Shown in pieces: positions 13,021 to 26,790 of a DNA stretch of 64,000 bases. This DNA comes from Octopus bimaculoides (Eukaryota). The stretch is from NCBI RefSeq assembly GCF_001194135.2, contig NC_068983.1, positions 119,939,821 to 120,003,820 on the forward strand, written 5' to 3'. Within the stretch, counting starts at the first letter, position 1; each line of letters opens with the position of its first letter. Under the pieces are notes generated by a model. The model saw only the letters and a program-made list of their open reading frames with translations. It was not told the DNA's origin and did no database searches. The position numbers were made by a program, and so were the translations under genes.

Positions 13021-13274
13021 CTGTGGTTTTCGATTGGCTAAAATTATCCAAAATTTCCAAACTTTAAAAGCTATTAACAGTCTATTTATTGATTAATGGT
13101 GAAAATGAATTTCATGTCAATAATTACCATACAAAAAGTACATCAACACACCAAATATGAAATCAATTGGAACAAAATTGAAGAAATTGAAAAGTAGCAG
13201 CCAAACAGGACTGAACCTGGAACTACGTGGTTAGGAAGCACACTTCTTACCACACAGCCATGCCTACACCTATT

Positions 13275-13314
<40 letters not shown>

Positions 13315-15819
13315 TGTCTACAAAAAGAACATTAAAGTTAAAGAGTACTGACAAATATAATATTCCCAACTACACCAATCACCTTAAGAAGTTTGGTTTG
13401 GAATTTGTCAATAAAATTTGAAGCTAATTACAAACACTCCAGATGCCACCAGTAGCTCTAAATAGATTGGTACAGGTAGATAAAAGCAAAGAGAGCTGGA
13501 GTAAGGAAGAGTTTCTTCTTTTCTTTACTTGATTGATAGTTGGCAAATATAATTAATTAAATGGTAGAAAATAGAAATGTATGGTGATGGTAGTGGGTCT
13601 CTAAATATAATCAATAGTGTTTTTTCTAAATCTAACAGATGAGTGATTTATAAACGAGTCAGTAAAACTGCAATTTCCTACTACATTGAACAGGTGACTG
13701 AGCATGAAATGCAGTCACAGCCATTTCAAGATCATAAATTAATTAATGGCAAACTGATTGTAGTTACCTAGAAATTTTTTAAAAAATACAAATTTAGAGA
13801 CATTATTATTAGTAGATTTTAGGGTCTTCATTCAATCTGAAATCCTAACACAAATTGGATAGGGAAAGAGATTTCTTACCTGACAAGTACCCAGGTATCA
13901 GATAGGAGAATGGCCTCCAGATATAGGAGTTTATGGCGAACATGAAAATAGGCCTTAATGAACCTCTTATGAAGTGCTCTTTATCAAGGCCAAACACCTT
14001 GCAACATCCAGCCTAGAGTTAGAGGTGAAGCCATGGGAAGCAGCATGGTGGCTGTGCAGTTTTGGTGAAGGAGTCATCCACTAACCAACAGTGATACACG
14101 ATGCAAGGTCCCCAAATTTCAAACGGCTAATGTCTATAGACCAGGTGACCATAGACATAATTAACCAATAAAAGATTTCAGAGACTCAAATCCAAGTAAG
14201 TTTGACCAGGTGATTACTAGATTGAATTAACTGCTGAGAATTTAAATGCAAAAAAAGTGTTAGACATAATCAATTTGAGTCAGAAAAGAGCAACAACAGG
14301 TTCACTGACAGGATTCAACACAGTGTATCTACCACTCAATAGGTGCATTGTGTACCACTCCACCTCATCAAAATATATACTAAAACGTTTCCTGCTATTT
14401 GTAACAACTGTTTCATCTCAGTATGGCTCTTTATATTCATTATCATCATTTAACGTCTGTTTTCCATGCTAGCATCGGTTAGATGGTTTGACTGGAGATG
14501 GTAAGCCAGAGAGCTGCACTAGGCTCCAGTCTCTTTCGGCTGGATTTCTATGGCTGCATGCCCTTCCTAATGCCAACCACTCCACAGTCTTTTACCAGTC
14601 GCCAGCATGGATGCCTTTAACATGTCACCTACTTAGGTGCTTTTCGTATGTCACTGGCACTGGGCCACAACTATGATTTCAATTAACTTGACACGTCTTC
14701 TCAAGCATAGGAATTTGCCAGAAGTCCCAATCACTTGTCATTGCCTCCATAAGACTCAACATCTGAAGATCACATTTCACCACCTCGTCCACTGAGTTCA
14801 AATTCTACTGAGGCCAAAAAAGATAAGTACAGCAGTTGATTTAATCCACCACCACCCCAAACATCAGGCCTTGTGCCTATATCAGGAACAATTATCTATT
14901 TATANNNNNNNNNNNNNNNNNNNNNNNNNNNNNNNNNNNNNNNNNNNNNNNNNNNNNNNNNNNNNNNNNNNNNNNNNNNNNNNNNNNNNNNNNNNNNNNN
15001 NNNNNNNNNNNNNNNNNNNNNNNNNNNNNNNNNNNNNNNNNNNNNNNNNNNNNNNNNNNNNNNNNNNNNNNNNNNNNNNNNNNNNNNNNNNNNNNNNNNN
15101 NNNNNNNNNNNNNNNNNNNNNNNNNNNNTACACACATATATGTACACACACACACTAGTATCTTCCTACCTACCTTTTGTATCCAAACTACAGAACAAGA
15201 CTGAAGATACAAAATTTTCATTATATTTTAAAACAACTGACTCGTAAACTGCAGAATGAAATTGGAGATATTAGAGATGTTCCAATAAGAAATATCTAAT
15301 TCAATTGGAGATATTTCAAATTAAGTGTGTGTGTGTGTGTGTGTGATTGTTAACCAAGAGGAGAGTGGAGATTTATTCATATCTAAAACTTTTTTATAAA
15401 ATGTTTTCTTCAGTATATATATAAGAATGACCAACATGTTTCTACTGCAGCAACTGCACATTGCTCTGTATGCAATTATGCATCCTAGTAGCTGCAATTT
15501 CATCAAGGGTCCATCACTTACTACATTTTCAAAGTGAACTAATCCAAACAAGCATATACACAGGGTGGAATGGGTAAATTGTCACCATTTTATATTTCTA
15601 ATTTCATGCATTGTTTGTGTTTGATTTTGTCAACTACACAGTATAGTAGGGTCAGCTGGGCACCGTCTGTGAGAAAAACAACACCATGATGCAACTCACA
15701 CTGCTGTATTTGATGTCGTTGTTATTGCTGGTGATGGTGGTGCTGCTGCTGTTCTGTTTGTGTCTCTGTTGCTGCTACTATTGGTACTGTCAACCCTGCT
15801 ACTGTAGTAGCTGTTGGGG

Positions 15820-16400
15820 AAGCTGCTGATGTTGCTGCTGCTATTAGGGTCAGCTAGCATCTCAGCTTCAATGACAGCAATGGCAGTATCCCTAATGGAA
15901 ATAGCAGCAGAGCCATCACCAATGATATCTATAACAGCAATGACAGCACCACCATCAACAATGATGACCCTAAAAACAACAGCACCATTACCAACACCAA
16001 TAGTAATGGCAATAACATCATCACCACCTCCAATGATGCCAACACCAACAACAGCAGTAGCACCAACAGATACTGTCAGCACCTGAGCACGGAGATAGAT
16101 TGGTTGCTCCAGTAACGCATTCAAGCAACACTCCTCCAACCACAGGTCCTCATTCAGGATACTGGAAATGAGATACGTTACATCATTAGCCAACCATGTA
16201 TGGCAGCTGAAGGACAATGGGATTCCACACACAATAATGGAGAATCTTAGAAAATCCAAGACCCTACATAAATGGGACCAAGCATTGTAAACTGTGCACA
16301 GTGGAACAAGCAAGGATACTAAAGGACTCACTCGACCTGGGGAACATCCTTAACTCTAGAACAGAGGTCTTCAGATTGTGCTTGCATTTCAGGAAATTCC
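15820..16400 (+). mobile_element. Penelope-like retroelement remnant (GIY-YIG endonuclease, C-terminal part)
   Basis: After an AAC/CAG-rich linker: (Y>*)IGCSSNAFKQHSSNH...TSLANHVWQLKDNG...WRILRKSK.YINGTKHCKLCTVEQARIL...LNSRTE, with frameshifts. Confidence 0.75.
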
Positions 16401-17317
16401 TTCTGGCCTATTAAAACCCACAAGATAACAAGGTCATTTATGATCAATAGCCAAAAAGAGACAATCCCCTGTTGTTGACATTGAGTAGCAAGGTCCTTTC
16501 CTCCTCCAATTTCTAGAGGCCATAAGCCAACAGGTTTGGGATCTGATGATACACCATAAAGCTGGGTGCTTTATGGATATATGCTAGGAATATCATAGCA
16601 GGAGCATACCCAAAACAAAGTACTCCAAGAAGAGAATGAAGTGAATGATGAACTGCCGAGTACTGAAAACACAAGTTTCATAAGACTATATATACCACAA
16701 GGTTCCAAATAACAGGTGGACAGGTGCAGTTGACATGTATCCAAGAGATTGGAAGAGGAAACAATTTGAGCTCAAATGGAAATGAAGGATGCAATCTAGG
16801 AAAGAATGGAAACCCATTGTGCCCAGTGATGCAGAGGGATATCTGGTCATTAAAAAGAAATATATTCTTTCATTCAAGTTAGTAGATTGCAGTCATGTTG
16901 GGGCACTACATTCAACAGTTCAGTTGAGTATCACTTACATTTTACTTAAGTCACCAGATTGTGGCCATGCTGGGACACCAACTTAAAGGGTTTTAGTCAA
17001 ATGAAACAACTCTAGTACTTATCTTTTTTTTTTAAAGCCTTGCACTTATTCGATCAGTTTTCTTTGTTGAACTGCTAAGCTATGGGGATGTTAACAAACC
17101 AACACCAGTTGTCAAGCAGTGGTAGGAGCAAACACAAACACATGGACATATATAATATAGTAGACAGGGTAAAATCCCAGCTGTTTCCTCTTGAAGTACA
17201 TCTGCTTATTACAATCCAATATATAGTTTCCGTAGTTGCTGTATTGATGCAAATATACATATTAAAGTTGAAAATTCTGGAAATATTATTTGCAGAAATA
17301 TTGCATAACAAAACAGG

Positions 17318-18060
17318 ATGTCTCAAATTATAAATGGCATTTCACATCGTATTTCTAAAATTTCAGCTTCGAAAGATATTTCTTCCAGTCATACTAACTA
17401 CTATGATTCAGTTCTTTCTAGAGCTGGATATAAAGATAAACTAGAGTATACAAATAATATAAATGATAAGCAACAATCAGGCACTACAAATAACAAACCA
17501 CTTAATAAACTAAAAAACATAGAATATCAAAAAATTTATAAATCTAAAACTAAACAAAATAACAATGACCAAACCCATAAATCAAATAATAAGTACCACA
17601 GTAATAAACTTAATAACAATAAATATAATTTTAATAATTACTACAACACTACTAATAAGTATATAATTAACAGAGATAATAAATGTAATTTTTGAATAAA
17701 GATGTCTTTAAATAATGTCTTATGGAAAACAATTTATAAATGCTCCCTCCATACTCATGAGAAAACATACCAATATATCGGTGCCACATCCACAAAATTT
17801 AAATTACTGTATTACAATCACATTTCTTCTTTCAAACAAAAGTAAATCTCTTAATTGGGAGTTAAAAAAATAAAAATATAAAATATGCACTACCTTGGTT
17901 AATTGTTACAAATGCTACTCCCTATAAAACAGGTAATAAATTTTGTAATTTGTTTAATAGAGATATTAAACTGTAAAAACCATATTAACAAGCACAAAGA
18001 ATCTCTTAACTGATATTTTCATAAAAAATTTAGCACATTTCAAAACTTCAAAATTTCTCA
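17318..18060 (+). mobile_element. Second, AT-rich Penelope-like remnant (RT thumb, Asn-rich linker, GIY-YIG)
   Basis: ISHRISKIS...YYDSVLSRAGYKDKLEY, then IYKCSLHTHEKTYQYIGATSTKFK..Y.NH.SSF and TPYKTGNKFCNL. Confidence 0.7.
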
Positions 18061-18289
18061 AAATTGTTACTATAATGCGTAACTAACCTTACTAACTAAC
18101 AGATAGTATCAATGTGGTTTTCAAATTTTGGCACAAAGCCAGCAATTTTGAAGAGCGGATAAGTCGATTACATCACTCTCAGTGTTCAACTGGTACTTAT
18201 TTAACTGACCCCAAGGGGATGAAAGACAGCCTGGGCCAACCAAAGCTCTGTGAGTGGATTTGGTAGATGAAAACTGAAAGAAGCCTGTC

Positions 18290-19364
18290 ATATCATCATC
18301 TTCATTTAATGTCCATTTTCCATGCTGACATGGGTTGGACGGTTTGACAGGAGCTGGCCAGCTGAAGAGCTACCCAAGCTCCATGTCTGTTTTGGCATGG
18401 TTTGTTGATAGCTGGATATCTTTCCTGATGCCAACCACTTTACAGACTGTACAGGGTGCTTTTATGCAGTACCAGCATGGGTGTGTTTACTTGGAACCAG
18501 TACAGGTATTTTTTATGTGGCACCAGCACCCATGAGCTCGCAAGGTTAGGAATGCTCTGCTGGAGAGGGATGCAGGGAACAGCCTGTATGCAAGGACAAC
18601 CATGTTTTTACTTAGCTTGACATGTCTTCTCAAGCATAGCAAACTACCAGGAGCCTTGGTCCCGTCATCCCCTCTGAATTCATCTCTATACTTGTTGCCA
18701 ACTAACAATGTCCCTGTAACCTTACTAACAATGTACCCATACATAGCTTGTACAGCTCTCACCAGCCACTCCTCTATCCCTAGTTTCCACAATGACCATC
18801 AGATAAGGAGTAGGGGGCCCTGTTGAAGGCTTTCTCCATGTCAACAAAAGCCAAGTACAGAGGTTTATTTTTGGTTAAGTACTTCTCCTGCAACTGTCTT
18901 AACAGGAATATAGCAACAGGGGCGAGCTGACAGAAACGTTAGCACGCTGGGTGAAATGCTTAGCGGTATTTCGTTTGCCATTACGTTCTGAGTTCAAATT
19001 CCGCCGAGGTCGACTTTGCCTTTCATCCTTTCGGGGTCGATAAATTAAGTACCAGTTACGCACTGGGTCAATGTAATCGACTTAATCCCTTTGTCTGTCC
19101 TTGTTTGTTCTCTCTATGTTTAGCCTCTTGTAGGTAATATAAAAAAAATTTAAAAATAAGGAATATAGCAACAGTGGTGCTTCTCCCTGGTACAAAACCA
19201 AACTGCATCTCATTTAGCTTAACTCTCTTCCTAATTAGTTGGGTTATAACCCTCACCATAACTTTTATTACCTGATCCAACAGTTTGATACCTCTGTAAT
19301 CATTTCTGTCTAAGGTGTCACCTTCGTTTTGTAGCAGTTGACTATAGTGTTGCTACACCAGTCA
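18290..19364 (-). mobile_element. Internally deleted RTE LINE (RT fragment joined to C-terminus and 3' UTR), interrupted by a SINE
   Basis: DWCSNTIVNCY..GDTLDRNDYRGIKLLDQV...MQFGFVPGRSTT|IFLLRQLQEKY..KNKPLYLAFVDMEKAF...EEWLVRAVQAMY, which jumps at about 18680 to the C-terminus and 3' UTR. Confidence 0.9.
18920..19158 (+). mobile_element. Young tRNA-derived SINE (type A tail) with 16-bp TSD
   Basis: Full head, body and tail. TSD aggaatatagcaacag at 18904-18919 and 19159-19174. Confidence 0.95.
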
Positions 19365-20911
19365 CCAAGCTACACCTTTGAGTTGCAACTGGTTATTTAT
19401 TATTTGATGTTGTTTTGTTGCAGTTGTTCTCTTTGGGACTACCTCTTCTTTAAAAACTGTTAGTGTCTTTTGACACATTGCTTGCCTGAACAAGCTTAGT
19501 TTTCCGGTTGTAACCCTGTTGGGGTGAGTTGTTTGCATTTTGTGTGGGAATTGTGTCTGTGCGCAAAATGACTAGTGATTTGTATGAAGTGTTGGAGCTC
19601 CTGAAGAGTGTCGACTCAGAGTACGAAAGCGACTTGGAAGAAAGTGTGGAAGATTATGCAGCAGTGGTCAGTAAAAAACAAAGAAGAAAAATCAGGCCAG
19701 AGGCCATGGAAAAATTTCAACCAATTCTGTGGAGATAGGGAGCAAATGTGAGATTAACTCTCCCACGAGGAAGCCACAGAGAAACAAAACAAAGAACAAT
19801 AATTTATAGAACACTATCTCTTAAAACAAAGTAAATAGAGATAGCATCTACCAAAGAAACTGAAAAGGCCCTAAAGCCTATTTTGTTCAAGGTGGCATTC
19901 ATGAAAAGAAGAAAGAAATTCAATACCTTGGAGGTATAATTCATGTCAGAATATGACACTAGGGATGATTCCATGATCACCCTGCAGATAAAGGAGCTGG
20001 CTCTTTTACTGTCATACTTTGGCAAAAGAACCACAAAAATCGCAATAGAAGGTTATCCACCTGAAATTAGATCGGTGTGGCTTCTGGCAGCTGTTTGCTC
20101 CAATATCAAGGAGGTGAAACTGCTGGAGTTCGAGGAGAAAAAGTGAAGAACTGGTATGGTGGGAGTCTTCGGGCAACACTTCATGCCACACCAGCAGAAC
20201 TGGAGGAAATTCCAGAATTTATAATTCTGCCAGATGAGACAAAACTGAGAGTCTTGGTCCAGGGCAGAATCCCAAGATGTTTCGAGTGCAAACTGAAGGG
20301 GCACATAAGGAAACCGTGTCCCCCAGGCCCATCAACCTGAAGCACAAGGAAAAAGACAGGATGAACCAAGGGAACAGCAAGAGAAGCCGAACGAGGTGGC
20401 TCCAGGTGAAGAGGAAAAGAAGCTGGAAGAGGCAGAGAAGACAGTGGAGAAGAAGAATTGCATGCCGGAGGAAGTTGGACTGTCCATATCTACCAAGGTA
20501 AGCGAGGAGGAATGGTCAGTTGCAGGGAGGACAAAGAAAAAACAGGTTCTTGTTCTCTTCCTTCAACAAACACAAAAAGCTTAAAAACGAATGCACAAGA
20601 ACAGATACAATCGCAGACAAAAGACATTACAAACACAGACAGTAAAAAGGAAAATGATACCCCAAAAAAGAACACTAAATATACAACACAAGCAACACAC
20701 AGCAAGGACAAAGAGACAAAAATAAAATAACTCTTTAAAACTCTTTCTAAAAATGTTCAATGATGTTATCTGGAGTGTGGGGTTTTGAGTTGACGCTGTT
20801 CCACCTTTTCATTTATCATTACCATTCTTTTCATTCCATTTTATTTTTCCCTACTGTGGTATTTTGTCTGTCCTTGTTTGTCCCATCTATGTTAAGCCCA
20901 AATAAAGAAAT
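19365..20911 (+). mobile_element. Non-LTR element carrying only a decayed gag-like ORF1 with a CCHC zinc knuckle
   Basis: About 200-bp leader, ATG at 19568, broken ORF to about 20730 with CFECKLKGHIRKPC (20278-20319) and a charged tail. No EN or RT follows. It ends in a 3' tail shared with SINE type A and aataaagaaat. Confidence 0.65.
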
Positions 20912-22859
20912 ACAGTCAAAGAGGTATGCTGTTCAGGCCGTTCACGCAGACAATGAAAGGACATCATCATAATGTGCGACATATCACATATCTATCATCA
21001 CACCCCACTTACTAAATCCTCTATGTACCTATCACCCTCTATACTGCTCCTATACCTTGCACATCATCCCATTACATTCTAACCTATTCTCCTTCCAGAG
21101 CCACTCCTATATCTCTCACCTCACTCCACTTCACACAGGTATTCCTCTTCAACAGCACTTCCGCCCTTGTTTATCACACACTATATTCACCTCTACTTGT
21201 TTTTAACCAGCTGTTGCTCTTCTTCCCTCCCCACATCAACTGTTTGTATCCTCTCCTATGCTCATGTATCTGCTCTATAGTAAAATACCTGTACTTGTTC
21301 CTTTATTAGACTTTTAGCCTTTCAACAACTGGCATAAAGCCATCCACTTCCACCTTCCCCTCCCGAATACTCCCCTTAGTAGTGGGAGTTTTTTTCTTTT
21401 TCCCCATTCTTTTTCTATCTTGCAGGTTTACATGGCACCCTCACTAGTACACGAGATGTGTTAAAAAAAAAAAAAAGAAAAGCGCATCCACCCATTGAAA
21501 CCATACCAAATCTGAGATAGCTCAATGCAACTTTGCAGTGTAACAGATTCAGTCAAACATCCAACCCAAAATGGACCTCAAAGAATAATGATGGTGATGA
21601 GCCATACCTGTACTTATATTATGTTCTTTTAGAACCCACAGCTCAGTGGTGCAGTTATTATACTTTCTTCACTGGGTCTTTGGGTTCAAGCCTTATGAAT
21701 TTTTCTCTGATATGAAAATGAGAATGTAATAGAGTATATAACAATTTTTCTTTACCAATGTACTCATACAGTAACAGAATAATATTGGCGTCAAATTTTG
21801 GCACAAGGTCAGAAATTTCCGGAAGGGGGTAAATTGGTTACATCAACCCCAGTACTCAACTGGTACTTATTTTACCAACCCCAAGAAGATGAAAGGCAAA
21901 GTTGACCTCAGCAGTATTTGAACTCAGAACATTAAAGACAGACAAAATGCTGCTAAGCATTTTGCCCAACATGCTAAAAATTCTGCTAGCTCACTGCCTT
22001 ACAGTAGCAGAATAATATTCCAGACATATTATATTTTCAATTTTTTTCTATAGTTAAGAGTGTTTACTTCTCAACATAGAGTGAAAAAATAATAATAGAT
22101 AACAACTCTCAAGATAGAGGAGGTGACAAATGTGTAACAAGGAATATAGCTTTCTCCTAAGACTGTACATTCAATACTACCTATATAGACTTTTACGCCA
22201 TCTAAAGAATCAAATGTTTAAAAAAGAAAAACAATTTCAAAAGAAATTATATCTTAGTTCATGGTTCTCCATAAACTTCCACCCATCTTACAGTCTTTAA
22301 ATAAGCAGTGGAATTCCCAAGGGGTGCTGCTAGTTATGTTTTATAATAGTTTTATATGAGTTTCCACTTATTCACCAGATGTAATCTCTATGCTCTTTAA
22401 GTGTGTGTGTGTAGCATTGCTTTTGAGAGAAAACATGTTAGTTTTCCTTTGCTATGGTGTTTGGTTTGTTGTTGCTGGAGTTCTTTTGTTCCTTTTGTTA
22501 TGCAAAATATGTCCTATGTGAGTTGTGTTATTTGTTGGGTGGTGAATACACTTTGTATGTGGTGTGTAGTTGGTGTTTTGTGTTTCAGTATACTTAACCT
22601 AGCATTAATGAATTGGAGCAGTGTAGAATGTGAGCTACATAAATTATTAGTATTGTAATGATGGGTATCAATTATACAATAGTGTGCATTGTTATTTTAT
22701 TGGACATTTGCTGTGTTGAGTATGTGTGTGTGTTGTCTTATTTTAAGTGGTTATTGTATAAGGTATCTATTATGGGCAGTGAGAGTGCTATTTGAGATGT
22801 GGTTTAGAAATGCCTAGCTAACTTATTTTCTGGGATGTATGTAACTGATATATATATAT

Positions 22860-23420
22860 ATCGTCGGCTTTCCATGCTGGCATGGGTTGGATGATTTGAC
22901 TGAGGGCTGGCAAGCCAGAAGGCTGCACCAGGCTCCAATCTGATCTGGCAAAGTTTCTTCAGCTGGATGCCCTTCCTAACGCCAACCACTCTGATAGTGT
23001 AGTGGGTGCTTTTTATGTGCCACCGGCACGAGGGCTAGTCAGGCGGTGCTGGTATCGACCATGCTTGAATGGTGCTTTTTACGTGCTACCGGCACAGGAG
23101 CCAGCCAGGCGGCACTGGTAATGACCACACTCATATGGTGCTTTTTATGTGCCACTGGCACAGGACCAGTCTTGCTGCACCGGCATTGACCACACTCGAA
23201 TGGTGCTTTTTACATGCCACCAGCACCCGTGCCGGTCNNNNNNNNNNNNNNNNNNNNNNNNNNNNNNNNNNNNNNNNNNNNNNNNNNNNNNNNNNNNNNN
23301 NNNNNNNNNNNNNNNNNNNNNNNNNNNNNNNNNNNNNNNNNCCACGCTCGAATGGTGCTTTTTATGTGCTACCGGCATTGGCCATGACAATGACTTCACT
23401 TGACTCAACAGGTTTTCGCA
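22860..23420 (-). mobile_element. RTE 3' end with an expanded 65-66-bp tandem array
   Basis: Same 3' UTR as 2622-3160. Unit starts at 23005, 23071, 23137 and 23202, then an N gap, then 23354. Confidence 0.8.
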
Positions 23421-24644
23421 AGCGCAATATATATATCATCATCGTCGTCGTTTAACGTCTGCTTTCCATGCTAGCATGGGTTGGACGATTTGACTGAGGA
23501 CTGGTGGACCAGGAGGCGACACCAGGCTCCAATCTGATTTAGCAGAGTTTCTACAGCTGGATGCCCTTCCTAACGCCAACACAGGTGTGGCTGTGTAGTT
23601 AAAAAGCTTACTTCCCAACCACATAGTCTCAGGTTTAGTCCCACTGTAAGGCACCTTGGACAAGTGTCTTCTACTATAGCCCTGAGTGGATTTGGCTGAT
23701 GGAAACTGATAGAACCCTGTCATAAATACATGTGTGTGTGTTATTATATCCTTGCCTTGACTTTAAGTGATAATTGTAAATGAGTGTTACTATCATGCAG
23801 TCAGTGTCCTTCATTTCCAATCTCCCGTGTAAACATGTCTGGTTATGAGTAAAATTACCAACATGGAAACAGGTGAGGGTTGGTAACAGGAAGGGCATCC
23901 AGCTGTACAAAAATCCACCTCAACAAATTCTGCCCAACCCATGCAACCATGGAGAAGTGGACATTAAACAATGAATTATGATGACGGTATGGCAATGTTA
24001 TACATATGAAATTGTCAAGAGAAATCATGATGCATCATCATCATCATCATTGTTGTTTAGCATCTGCTTTCCATGCAGGCATGGATTAGACAGTTGACTG
24101 AAACTGGTAAGCTGGAGAGCTACACTAAGTTCCAGACTAATTTGGCATGGTTTCTATGGCTGGATGCCCTTCCTAATGTCAACCACTCCAAGAGTGTAAT
24201 AGGTGTATTTTATGTGCCACTGGTACCAGTAACTGGGTGCCAATTACGTGACACAGGCATCAACTACAACTACACTTATCATCACCTCTGTGAGGCCCAA
24301 CGTTCTAATAGTGCTTTTATGTGCCAGTTATGTGTAGCAACTTAAGGAGTTTTAACTTCATGAGTTAGGAGAGCACAGAGCTTCAGAATTGTTTCTGTGG
24401 TATATGTATAGTGACTGCCTTTCAGTGCAGTTGACTGGGAGTAGGTTATTATGTCCATGAAATGTTTAGGTTGCAAGTGAATGTTGACTGTTTGCAAAAT
24501 GCTAAGGAAGTGCATTTACCAGTGTGTGTATGTAGAAACAGTGACATATGTCATTATGAAATGAAATAAATGTAAGACAGAACTCAGAGGCATGCTACAG
24601 TTGATAGAATGTGAGTTAGAAAAAGCTTGTTACTGATGTCATCA

Positions 24645-24985
24645 TCATCATCATCGTCGTTTAACGTCTGCTTTCCATGCTAGCATTGGTTGGATGATTT
24701 GACTGAGGACTGGTGAAACCAGATGGCTACACCAGGCTCCAATCTGATTTGGCAGAGTTTCTACAGCTGGATGCCCTTCCTAATGCCAACCACTCAGAGA
24801 GTGTAGTGGGTGCTTATACGTGCCACCCGCACGAAGGCCAGTCAGGCGGTACTGGCAACGGCCACGCTCAAAATGGTGTATTTTATGTGCCACCCACACA
24901 AGAGCCAGTCCAGGGGCACTGGCAACAATCTCGCTCGAAAATCCTTACACATGCCGTGGGCACAAGTGCCAGATGTCAAGAACAA
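24645..24985 (-). mobile_element. RTE 3' UTR fragment with about two array units
   Basis: (CAT)n...gtttaacgtctgctttccatgctagc...ggatgcccttcctaa. Related fragments lie at about 14440-14790, 23423-23580, 24040-24330, 49900-50100 and 55985-56220. Confidence 0.8.
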
Positions 24986-26649
24986 AAATGCTTTTAATGA
25001 ATGTAATTGTGTGATTTGATAACAGTGGTGTGTAAACTGACAGAACACAGTAATGTTGTGTTAGATGCACTATATTTGAAAGAAGACAATGGTCATGGCT
25101 GGAAAATCCATAATTATAAGTCTGCTTAACCTGGGGCTAAACAACAATTTGTCAGTGTTTCGGCTCAATGAACTACAAACTGAAAGAACTGACCTCCTAC
25201 ACATAAAATAATTCAAACAGCCAACGTAGAAAGCATGGACATTTTGGACTGAAGAGGACCATTACACTGCTTCACAATGTTTACAATAAGAAATAACATA
25301 TTTTCTATCACAGTAAGACTCTTAGCCAAACAAAAAGAAAATCACTAAATCTTGAGTAATCATCATATCTAATAAATAAGGAATTGTAATCCCAACAGTG
25401 AAGAATAGTGGAGATTATATACATATCTTTTGCTTGATTCAGTCATTAGACTATGGCCATGCTGGAGCACCACCTTGAAGAATATTTAGTCAAATGAACT
25501 GATGCCAGTACTTAATTTTTTGGTTAAACCTGGTACTTATTCCAACAGTTTTTTTGCTGAACTGCTAAGTTACAGGGATGTAAACACAACACCCATTGGC
25601 AAGCAGTGGTGGGACACAAACACACATTATATAGTTTCCATCTACCAAATCCACTCAAAAGGCTTTGGTTGGCCTGAGGCTATAGTAGAAGACCCTTGCC
25701 CAAAGTGCCATGCAGTGGGACTGAACCCAGAACTATGTGGTTAGGAAGCAAGCTTCTTACCACACAGCCACACCTGCACCTACATACATATTTATTTTCA
25801 GATTTCATGTCTAAATCTTGATCAAATGGTTCTTAACACTTCTGTTAATGTTTTCATATCAGTTCTTAAGTAGTAGATACTTCTGCTGTACCATAAAAGT
25901 GATTCGGGATCCAAGATTACCAAACACTGTTTGTTTCAGCCACAAGTTTATAGTGGATTCATAAAAGGAATACTTTTTTTAAATATTAAATACCTGATGA
26001 GGATTTAACATATTATTCACAGCTATATTTTATAAAAAAAAAAAATTAAAAAAACTTTAAACTTAGATAGCTAATGACAGTTTGCAGTTTGATAGTGTCA
26101 GAGTGCAAACTAGTGTTTATCAAGTGAATCAAAATAATCCACATGATAATACAAGGTGTCAGAGCTGTAAAGTTTAAAATAATATCAATATTTCTAATTA
26201 CTAAGGTATGCCAGGTAAAATGCTTAGTGGCATTTCGTCCATCTTTATGTTCTGAGTTCAACTTAAACTTTCATCCTTTTGATGTCGATAAAATAAGTAC
26301 AAGTTGAGGACTGGGTTCGATGTAATTGACTTATGCCTTGCATCAAAATTTGTTGGCCTTGTGCCAAAATTTGAAACCAATATTTCTAATTACTAAATGA
26401 ATGGAAGATTTATGGCTTTCAAATGCCTTCTAACACAGTTTTACACAAAAGGAGCAAGAAAAAATGTTTACTTTTTTAATATTTTTCAAGCAAACAGAGC
26501 CATATTATATGATTAAATGTTAACCATAAGAACAGAAAGTAAGAGTAGTTACAATCAAATTCAGTATATTGAAGCAAGAATAATATTCTCCCTGAAGATT
26601 AATTATATTTTCTTCTGTAATGGATAATATGGCAATATGTTAAAATATA

Positions 26650-26790
26650 TAACCTGTGGAAGAGGAAGACCCAGGAAGATGTGGACAAATTCCTGAAGGC
26701 TGATTTCAAAACACTGAACCTTATGAAGGACATAACAGAGGACCGAGATATCTGGCGCCTTGCTGTACTCAAGAAGACCTCTCCACCACA
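26650..26790 (+). mobile_element. RTE ORF2 C-terminal fragment
   Basis: GRGRPRKMW...KADFKTLNLMKDITEDRDIWRLAVLKKT. Confidence 0.7.

Noticed and set aside
15696-16331. 211-aa hydrophobic minus-strand ORF as a membrane protein gene
   Set aside because: It is the antisense of a low-complexity Penelope linker and GIY-YIG remnant.
20396-20730. Lys/Glu/Thr-rich ORFs as a host gene
   Set aside because: They are frameshifted pieces of the ORF1 tail of the 19365-20911 element, with no splice structure.
23005-23385. CRISPR array
   Set aside because: The 'spacers' are homologous to each other, the array sits in an RTE 3' UTR in eukaryotic DNA, and there are no cas genes.
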